Below, one piece after another: positions 1-6,758 of a stretch of DNA of 14,315 nucleotides (its first letter is position 1; every line of letters starts with the position of its first letter). The notes beneath the pieces are model-generated. The model made no database searches and was not told where the DNA came from. It saw nothing but the letters and a program-made list of their open reading frames with translations. The position numbers and the translations under genes are program-made. Origin of the DNA: Chthoniobacteraceae bacterium (lineage in GTDB: Bacteria; Verrucomicrobiota; Verrucomicrobiia; Chthoniobacterales; Chthoniobacteraceae); contig JANNXQ010000231.1 in the NCBI GenBank assembly GCA_031409655.1, forward strand, positions 1 through 14,315, read 5' to 3'.

Positions 1-348
1 ACCGCCGCGCTTTTGCGTGCGGGCGCGGGTCCATTCGTTGGCGAGAAAGTGTTTCAGTGCCGCGAGCAGCCACGAGCGAAAGCGTCCGCGCTCGCGATCC
101 ACGCCCGCGAGCCAGCCCTTCTCCAGCAGCCGCGCAAAAAATTCCTGGGTGAGATCCTGCGCATCGTGCCCGCTCAAGCCCTGCCGCCGCACGAATGCGT
201 AAAGCGGATACCAATACGCCTGGCAGAGCTTTTCCAACGCCACCCGCGCGCCGCTCCGATCGCCCCGCGCCGACACGACCACGCTCCAGCGCGTGGTGTG
301 AAACTCCCGCGCGTCGGGGAAAAGGGAGTCACGCACATCAGGGGGCAT
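1..348 (-). CDS. ECF-type RNA polymerase sigma-70 factor, N-terminal part (runs off the left edge of the window)
   Basis: Absent from the ORF track because it has no stop in the window; translated by hand from ATG 348 (in-frame alternative ATG at 363): MPPDVRDSLFPDAREFHTTRWSVVVSARGDRSGARVALEKLCQAYWYPLYAFVRRQGLSGHDAQDLTQEFFARLLEKGWLAGVDRERGRFRSWLLAALKHFLANEWTRARTQKRGG. It has sigma region 2 motifs (YWYPLYAFVRR, DAQDLTQEFF, GRFRSWL) and is 62/72 identical to the sigma at 9088-9804 from YWYPL to KRGG. Confidence 0.92.
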   Translation of the reverse strand, partial: MPPDVRDSLFPDAREFHTTRWSVVVSARGDRSGARVALEKLCQAYWYPLYAFVRRQGLSGHDAQDLTQEFFARLLEKGWLAGVDRERGRFRSWLLAALKHFLANEWTRARTQKRGG

Positions 349-517
349 GGTCGTGGGTAACATCACGCCATGCCCAGCCTCAATGCGGAACGAAACGAAG
401 AGAGGCACCCGCCGGATCGCAACTGCACGCAACTACCGGTCTGTCCGCGCCGTTCACCGCCGTTCAGGGCGTCGGTCCGCATCGGCGAAAGCGTGACGCG
501 CGACGCATGGCGAATCC

Positions 518-3500
518 TCAGTTGCCGCCCGATGTCTGCTTCGCCTGCGGGCTGAAGCGGAGAATGCGCGTGGAGAATTTGAACTCGCCCACCCATAGGT
601 AGCCGCCGCCCCAGGCGAGCGAACCGGGCATGAAGAGTTGATTGCGGCCGAGGCCCGGCTTGCGGTCGGACTCATCGGTCGCCCCGAGCAGCGCATCGGC
701 AGGCCGGCCCGCGAGCGCGTCCTCGACGCGGTTCCAGACATCCACGCGGTTGAAGCTGCGGTTGCAGACGAACAGCCGGCCTTCGGCGATGAGGCATTCG
801 CTCGGCAGATTGAACTGGCCGCGTCCGCCGAGCGCGATCGGTTCCGCGCGCGAGCTGAGTTCACTCACGCGCCAGAGCTGGATGCCGCTGCCCTCGAATG
901 GCGCGGCGCAGAGATACTTCCCGTCGCTGGTCAGGCGGCCGGGGCTGCGCATCGCGAGCGTGAACTTCGGCTCGCTCTCGCGCGTCGGGATTCCCTCCCA
1001 CACGTAGATGGCCTCGGCGCGGCGGTCGCTGAGGTAGAAATATTTCTCGTCGAAGGCGACGCCGGTGAGTTCGCCAAGTTCCACGCTGCCGATGCGGCGG
1101 CTCAAGACCACCTCCGGCGGCTCGCCATTCAGCGGAAGTTTTTTCCAGACATAGGCCGTGCTGCGGCCCGCGAGCGCGAGCGTCGTGCCGTGCAGTTCAT
1201 TGTCCCACGGGCCTTCGGGCAGATGGAACACCAGGTCCGGCTTCGCGGCGCTTTCGTCGGGGAGGGCTCGCCAGACAAACATTTTCCGATCGAAGTCCGA
1301 GGAGACGAACAGGCTCTTGCCGTCCGTCGCGACCACCGCGTTCTGGATGAAAAAGTTTTCCGCCCACGTGTTCTGGTCGGTGCGATCGCTGCCGAGGGAA
1401 AAGTCCGGCGGCTGATCGTCGCGCATGGGGAGGGAATTCCAGCCGAGGATATGGTTGCCGTTGTAAGTGCAGACGTAGAGCCGGCCATTCGCGACCACCG
1501 CATCCGGGCCGTCGCCGTTGCGATAGGTCGTGGGTCGCAGCACCACCTCCGGGTCGGTCTCGGCGGCGCGCGGCGTCTTGTTCCAGATGAAGATCTTGCT
1601 CATCCCGGCGACGACGAGCTTGCCATCGGGGGTGAATGAACCTTTCACCCATTCGTTCCATTTCCAGTCTGGTGGTTGTGTGGAGGAAGTCGGGAATGAA
1701 TTCCAGACCATCGTCGCGGGGCGCGAGGCGGCGCCGTTGTTGTGGTCGCTTACGGCGAAGAAGGTCGCGCCGTCGCTGGTCACATTGCGCGGGGTGCCGG
1801 CGTCGTCCGGATTGAGCACGAGGTCCGGCGGCTGGTGGTCACGGGTCGGGAGTGAATTCCAAATCAGCACCGAGTGTCCGTGCGTGGCGACCACGGCGAG
1901 TTTTTTTCCATCGGTCCACACGCCCCACGGCCAGCCAAAGCGCTGAATGCCGCGCCCCACTTGCGGGCGGAAGTTCGCGTTCGGAGCGCCGGCCTCCGGT
2001 TCGCCGCGCGGGCGCTCAGGGCGTGGATTCGGAGGACGGCGCTCCGCATCGTCCGGCGCTCCACCGGCTGAAAACTGCGCGAGTTCGAGCACGAGATCCG
2101 CCGCCGCGCCGTTCGTCGTCGGAAACGAATTCCAAATCAGGATGCGGTCATTGTTCGTGTCGGTGACGGCGATGCGCTGGCCGTCGGGCGTGATCGCGAC
2201 ATTGCCGGGCCAGTTCATCTGCGCCATCCCGGTGCCCGGATTGTTCTGCGTGAAATCCGCCTGGCCGAGCACGAGGTCGGGCGGGGTGTTTTTTTCGGGC
2301 GCGGATTTCCAGATGAGCACCCGGTTGTTCCAGCGGTCGGTCATGAGCAGCGCCTTGCCGTCAGTCGCGAGTCCGGTGGGATGATTGAAGAGCAGGGGGC
2401 CGCCGGAAGCGTTGAAGCCTTTCGAGCCGAGGACGATGTCCGCGTCCTGTCCGGTGACGAACGACCCCGGCGCGGCTCCCGGCGCGGCTTTGTATTTCGA
2501 GTCGATCTTCTCGACCCGAATCTGTCCGCCCGCTCCGCGCGGATCGGGCCGCTCACCGCGGGCGTTGTTGGGGATGGGCAGTGGCGGGGGATTCTGCTCA
2601 CGCCTTTCACCGTCCCGCCGACCCTCTCCCGGTGGAGGTGGAGGACGGACGGCTCCACCGGATTGATCGTCGCGGCGCGGATTGAATTCCGGGCCACCCG
2701 AATTGCGCATCCGCGATTCGCCGGTACCGACGATGACGAGTCCGCCATCGCGCGTCGGCACCGCACCGGGGTCGGCGCCGCCCGCGGGCGGGCTCTCGCC
2801 GAGGCGCCAGGCGTGACCATCCGTGCTGGTGGCCAGCCACATACCGACGCGCCGCACGCCATCCCTCGGTGGACCAGGATCGCCGGTGCCGAGAAAGGTG
2901 ATTTTTTCGCCGTCGGAAAAGGCATTGCCGAGCCAGCTTCGGCGGCCCTCGATCTGCACGTCTGCGACGCGGGTGAAGGCCAGCCCGTCGGTGCTCGTGG
3001 CGTGATAGCCGAGGCCTTCGCGCGCACCGGATTCCGCGCGCGGGCGGCCCGGATCGTTGCCCGCGCCATTGTCCGGCGCGAAGAGATGGAACACGCCCCC
3101 GTGCCGCACCACTGCGCAATCGATCACCGCGCGCCCTTCGACTCCGAACCGCATCCCCGGTTCGTAGGCATAGCGCACGCCGTCTGTCGAGATGGCGGAG
3201 TGAATCGCGGGCGTGCTCGGGCCGGAGCCGCCGCGCAGGTTGCCCGTGAAGTAGAGCCGCACGCGCCCATCCGGCAGCGGCACGAGAGTCGGGTCGAAGG
3301 GGAAGCGCATTCCTTCGGGCAGTCCATCCACACGGATGACCTGTGGCGCGGTCCAGGTGGTGCCTTCATCGCTGGAGAAATGCACCGCGACCTTGTCGAA
3401 GCTCTCGCGATCATTTTCCGGAAAATGCTGATGCGCGACGATCAGCCGGCCGTCCGGCATGCGCGCGATCGTCGCCACGCCGGCGCGGGGAAAAGTCGCG

Positions 3501-3655
3501 ACCTCCTCCACCGCGCCGCTGCGGCTCACGCGCCAGGCGAGGATGTCCCGATTCCACGGACCATCGCCATTCGGAGGCTGGCGCGGTGGACCCTGTGCGT
3601 GCGCTGCGGCGATCGTCGTGAATATCAGCGTGAGGTGGCGGGTCAGGGTGTGCAT
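518..3655 (-). CDS. Large secreted beta-propeller protein (~1045 aa): signal peptide, Asp-box/BNR (sialidase/GH-like) domain, Pro/Arg/Gly-rich linker, and C-terminal NHL-like repeat region
   Basis: Start reassigned to ATG 3655 (MHTLTRHLTLIFTTIAAAHA|QG looks like a Sec signal with an AHA cleavage site); the track start at 4027 overlaps the upstream kinase. Asp-box-like motifs are SSDEGTTW, STDGVRY, STDGLAF and STDGHAW. The C-terminal half repeats (T/S)DGKxLxxxDxxNxR(V/I)LIWxSxPxxxxxxPDLVL about 11 times. Confidence 0.8.
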   Translation of the reverse strand: MHTLTRHLTLIFTTIAAAHAQGPPRQPPNGDGPWNRDILAWRVSRSGAVEEVATFPRAGVATIARMPDGRLIVAHQHFPENDRESFDKVAVHFSSDEGTTWTAPQVIRVDGLPEGMRFPFDPTLVPLPDGRVRLYFTGNLRGGSGPSTPAIHSAISTDGVRYAYEPGMRFGVEGRAVIDCAVVRHGGVFHLFAPDNGAGNDPGRPRAESGAREGLGYHATSTDGLAFTRVADVQIEGRRSWLGNAFSDGEKITFLGTGDPGPPRDGVRRVGMWLATSTDGHAWRLGESPPAGGADPGAVPTRDGGLVIVGTGESRMRNSGGPEFNPRRDDQSGGAVRPPPPPGEGRRDGERREQNPPPLPIPNNARGERPDPRGAGGQIRVEKIDSKYKAAPGAAPGSFVTGQDADIVLGSKGFNASGGPLLFNHPTGLATDGKALLMTDRWNNRVLIWKSAPEKNTPPDLVLGQADFTQNNPGTGMAQMNWPGNVAITPDGQRIAVTDTNNDRILIWNSFPTTNGAAADLVLELAQFSAGGAPDDAERRPPNPRPERPRGEPEAGAPNANFRPQVGRGIQRFGWPWGVWTDGKKLAVVATHGHSVLIWNSLPTRDHQPPDLVLNPDDAGTPRNVTSDGATFFAVSDHNNGAASRPATMVWNSFPTSSTQPPDWKWNEWVKGSFTPDGKLVVAGMSKIFIWNKTPRAAETDPEVVLRPTTYRNGDGPDAVVANGRLYVCTYNGNHILGWNSLPMRDDQPPDFSLGSDRTDQNTWAENFFIQNAVVATDGKSLFVSSDFDRKMFVWRALPDESAAKPDLVFHLPEGPWDNELHGTTLALAGRSTAYVWKKLPLNGEPPEVVLSRRIGSVELGELTGVAFDEKYFYLSDRRAEAIYVWEGIPTRESEPKFTLAMRSPGRLTSDGKYLCAAPFEGSGIQLWRVSELSSRAEPIALGGRGQFNLPSECLIAEGRLFVCNRSFNRVDVWNRVEDALAGRPADALLGATDESDRKPGLGRNQLFMPGSLAWGGGYLWVGEFKFSTRILRFSPQAKQTSGGN

Positions 3656-3768
3656 GGGAATCGGGGGAGAGCTTCCAGACAGCCACGCGGAATCTGGCGG
3701 GATGCCCACCTGTTCAACGCCGATCTCCGTGATTTTTGTGTGCTCCGTTTCCCCGGGAACGCTTGCCA

Positions 3769-6708
3769 TCAGCGCCGCACCACGCGCGTGCCGGTGAGGG
3801 CTTCGTGCGGGCCGCCGGCGGGGTGGAGCGCGGTTACGAACATGAGCAGGGGATAAATCAGGAGGATGAAAAGGAACGTGAGCTTCATCGGCCCGATCGG
3901 ATTGGGGATTAGGAAAAGGAGCATCAAGACGACGATAGGCGCCCACGCGATCACGCCGCGCGCGAGCACGCGCAGGCGCCCGGCGGACTGGCCGCGGCGA
4001 TCCACAACCGCGAGGCCGAACATCCACAGATCGGGCACGACCGCGAAGAGCAGCATGGAGACGGCCTGCATTAGCGCGGAGAGGACGAGCAAGACTACGA
4101 AGATGTCCGGACCCATCGATTGCTCGAAGCGCTGGAAGGAGGAATACCGCTGGAGCGACCCAGCCATGGCCGCCGACGCCGCGGTGAACTCCTCCGGCGT
4201 CACCCTCGGGTAGGAGCGCACCGCCTGCCGGGCGAGGTCGCGTTCGGCCTGGTCGAAAACCCTGCCGCTGATCTCGTCGAAACGCGGGTCGTCGATCAGC
4301 GTCCCGCTGCGATAGGAGATGAACTTCGGCGCCGCCTCGCTCACTCCTTGGGCTGCGGCGACCGTCGCAACCATGAACGGGTCGCGATTCCCAGTGGCGG
4401 GCTTGCGATGAACGCCAGCCTGCACGAGCGAAAGATCATAGATCGTGAGCGCCGCCGGCAGCTCAGCAAAGTCGGGATGCTGGCGCGTGATCTCGCGCGT
4501 CAGCCGCGCGTCGCCGCCCACGACGCAGATCACGTAGAGAATCGCGATGAAGGCGCACGAGATGGGCGTGGCAAAGATCGACGCGGCGCGGCGTCCGCGC
4601 GTCACCTCTGCAGGACGCGCGAGCAGCGATTGGAGATTCCCGGCGATGAAGCTCACGCGATCGAACGCGCCCGCACCGAGCTTTGTCAGGAACTCGGTGG
4701 CGTGCAGCGGGGCCGAGCGGCGATCGAGGGCGTGCGCCGCTACGGCTTCGAGGAACTGCGCTGCGCCAGTGGGACTCGTGAGGTCGAAGGTGCGCGCGTC
4801 GTCGCTGTCGAGCGGCTCGTCGAGGAGCAGCGCGCGTCCACGGGCGGCGATCAGCACGCTCGCGAGGCTGCACCGCTCCTGCACCGAACCGTCCCGGGCC
4901 GCGGCATCCAGTTCATGGGCGAGATCGGCCAGCCAGGCGCGCACGCTCGACCACGGTTGCGAGTGCTCGGGCAGGTCGCGCAGCGCACGGCCACCCGGCG
5001 CTTCGAAGACCTGCCACGCCTCGACCTCGCCGAGCCAGCGCAGCCGGCCCGGACGCGCCAGATCGCGGCGAGCCTCCGTGAGCGCCCCGTGCTTGCGCAG
5101 CCACACATGGCGGCGCAACACCGGATCGTAGCCCACGCCTTCCCCGGCGAGCAGATACGGGCCGACGCGCGCGGCGTGCTCCGCCGGCACCGCTGCCGGC
5201 ACCCACTCGAAGGGCGCGCGTGCGGTGGACCGCTGCCGCACCACGACGCGCGTCCCGGTGGCGAGATCCTGCACTGCGGCGAAGCCATTGCGACGGCGCA
5301 TCGTGGTGATCAGCGGGCACCACAGCGGGAGCCAGGCCCAGTCCACCCAATGGGGAAAGTGGTAAACGTACCCGCCCCGCGCGATGAGCGCGAGGGTGAG
5401 CAGCACGCCGCTTTGCAGCGCGATCTCGGTGATGCTCGCGCGACCGAGTGCGCGGCGGAAGCCCGGCGCGCTGCCGTCGGGGCCGATCACGCGCAGGCCG
5501 CAGACCGCCTTGCCCAGCCCGGCGCCCAACCGGCCTTCACAAAGCGCGTAGTAAAGGATCGAGAAGACCAGCACCCCGCCGACGTAACCCAGCAGCGCCT
5601 GCGGCGTGCCTTGCGCGACCCATCCGGTGTAGGTAGGGAAGCCGAGCGTGAAGAGCGCGATTATCCCCGGCAGTTGGGCGAAGCAGGCATCGATGGAACT
5701 CGCTAGAAACCGTGTCCCGAGCGGCGCGGGGTCCGGCACTACAGCGCTGAAGGGCAGCAGCGCGTCGCGCAGGGCGGCGTAGTGGGAAAAACGCTCACCG
5801 CGTTTTTTCGCCAGACAACGCGCGACGATCCGCGCCAGGCCATCCGGCACGCCGGGGATCGGCGCGGGCGTCTTGTCGAGCACCGCGGCGACGACCAGCA
5901 CCGCATTTTCTCCCTCAAAAGGCGCATGCCCGGTGAGCAGCGCGTAGAGCGTCGCGCCGACCGAGTAGATGTCTGCGCGCACGTCGAGCTCTTCGCCGCG
6001 GAGCTGCTCCGGCGGCGCGAAGGACGGCGTGCCGAGGAGCACGCCGCTCTGCGTGAGCTGCGAGTCTTGCCGCGCCAGTGTCGAGACCGAGAGGCCGAAG
6101 TCGCCGACCTTCACCGTGCCATCCGGCGCGACGAAACAATTGGCCGGTTTCACGTCGCGGTGGAGCACTCCGCCCGCGTGCGCTGCTTCGAGCCCGGCGA
6201 TCACGCCGAGGATGGCATCCACGGCGTCGCGCACCGGCAGCGGCCCGCGGCGTTTTAGCGCGTCCTTCAAGGTGCCGCCCGCGACCAACTCCATGGCGAT
6301 GACGGGCGCGCCTTCGATCTCCTCGGTGCCGAAGATATAGACCGAGTTCGGGTGATTGATCGCCGCCGCGAGCCGGCCCTCGCGGAGGAAGCGCTTGCGC
6401 ATCTCCGGCGAGTCGATGGTCTGCCCGAGCACCTTCAGCGCGACACGCCGCCCGGTCTCGCGCTGCTCCGCTTCATACACCGCGCCCATCCCCCCGCGCC
6501 CGAGCAGCCGCAGCACGCGATAGCCGCCGAAGTCGAAGGGGAACATCGGCGGCGGCACGAACTTCCGCGCACCCGCGTCGGCCACGGAGCTTTCGCCGAA
6601 CTGGCTGGCGAGGCCCATTTTCAAAAGGCAGCGGGCGCACAGGCCCTGGGTCTCGGCGGGCGAGAGCGGGGCGTTGCATTCGAGGCAGAGGGTCGGATTG
6701 GTGATCAT
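3769..6708 (-). CDS. Hanks-type Ser/Thr protein kinase with N-terminal Zn-ribbon, RDD membrane domain(s) and a degenerate second kinase-like region (~979 aa)
   Basis: Start reassigned to ATG 6708 (MITNPTLCLECNAPLSPAETQGLCARCLL). Kinase motifs: LGRGGMGAVY, VALK, HRDVKPAN, KVGDFGL, GTPSFAPPEQ, DIYSVG. RDD-like segment: APLGTRFLASSID...GLGKAVCGLRVIGPDG...QDLATGTRVV. A similar C-terminal segment reads FGLAVVDRRG...PHEALTGTRVV. Confidence 0.92.
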   Translation of the reverse strand: MITNPTLCLECNAPLSPAETQGLCARCLLKMGLASQFGESSVADAGARKFVPPPMFPFDFGGYRVLRLLGRGGMGAVYEAEQRETGRRVALKVLGQTIDSPEMRKRFLREGRLAAAINHPNSVYIFGTEEIEGAPVIAMELVAGGTLKDALKRRGPLPVRDAVDAILGVIAGLEAAHAGGVLHRDVKPANCFVAPDGTVKVGDFGLSVSTLARQDSQLTQSGVLLGTPSFAPPEQLRGEELDVRADIYSVGATLYALLTGHAPFEGENAVLVVAAVLDKTPAPIPGVPDGLARIVARCLAKKRGERFSHYAALRDALLPFSAVVPDPAPLGTRFLASSIDACFAQLPGIIALFTLGFPTYTGWVAQGTPQALLGYVGGVLVFSILYYALCEGRLGAGLGKAVCGLRVIGPDGSAPGFRRALGRASITEIALQSGVLLTLALIARGGYVYHFPHWVDWAWLPLWCPLITTMRRRNGFAAVQDLATGTRVVVRQRSTARAPFEWVPAAVPAEHAARVGPYLLAGEGVGYDPVLRRHVWLRKHGALTEARRDLARPGRLRWLGEVEAWQVFEAPGGRALRDLPEHSQPWSSVRAWLADLAHELDAAARDGSVQERCSLASVLIAARGRALLLDEPLDSDDARTFDLTSPTGAAQFLEAVAAHALDRRSAPLHATEFLTKLGAGAFDRVSFIAGNLQSLLARPAEVTRGRRAASIFATPISCAFIAILYVICVVGGDARLTREITRQHPDFAELPAALTIYDLSLVQAGVHRKPATGNRDPFMVATVAAAQGVSEAAPKFISYRSGTLIDDPRFDEISGRVFDQAERDLARQAVRSYPRVTPEEFTAASAAMAGSLQRYSSFQRFEQSMGPDIFVVLLVLSALMQAVSMLLFAVVPDLWMFGLAVVDRRGQSAGRLRVLARGVIAWAPIVVLMLLFLIPNPIGPMKLTFLFILLIYPLLMFVTALHPAGGPHEALTGTRVVRR

Positions 6709-6730
6709 GGCAGCGGGGGTTTCTGCCCAG

Positions 6731-6758
6731 TTCAGAAGGATCGGCGCGCAAAGGTTAC
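6731..6758 (-). promoter_or_regulatory. Putative ECF sigma promoter (-35 GTAACC, 16-nt spacer, -10 TCTGAA) upstream of kinase 2
   Basis: Minus strand reads cGTAACCtttgcgcgccgatcctTCTGAActggg, 22 nt before ATG 6708. The boxes and spacing are identical to the site at 9051-9078. Confidence 0.7.

Noticed and set aside
13..360. Plus-strand 115-aa ORF, similar to plus-strand ORF 9007-9900
   Set aside because: Both are antisense shadows of the two sigma paralogues, which explains their mutual similarity.
363..596. 77-aa minus-strand ORF whose TGA overlaps the alternative sigma ATG at 363 (TGATG)
   Set aside because: It overlaps the end of the propeller gene by ~80 nt and has no recognisable motif; the coupling-like overlap may be chance.
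3810..3838. Third CGTAACC on the minus strand upstream of the propeller gene
   Set aside because: The position 16 nt downstream reads GCGGCC, not TCTGAA, and the site lies within kinase 2 coding sequence.
3656..4027. ORF-track N-terminal extension of the propeller protein (likewise 6709-6801 for kinase 2 and 9805-9909 for the sigma)
   Set aside because: The extensions overlap neighbouring genes or regulatory/att-flanking DNA. Internal ATGs give a signal peptide, a Zn-ribbon start and a paralogue-matched start respectively.
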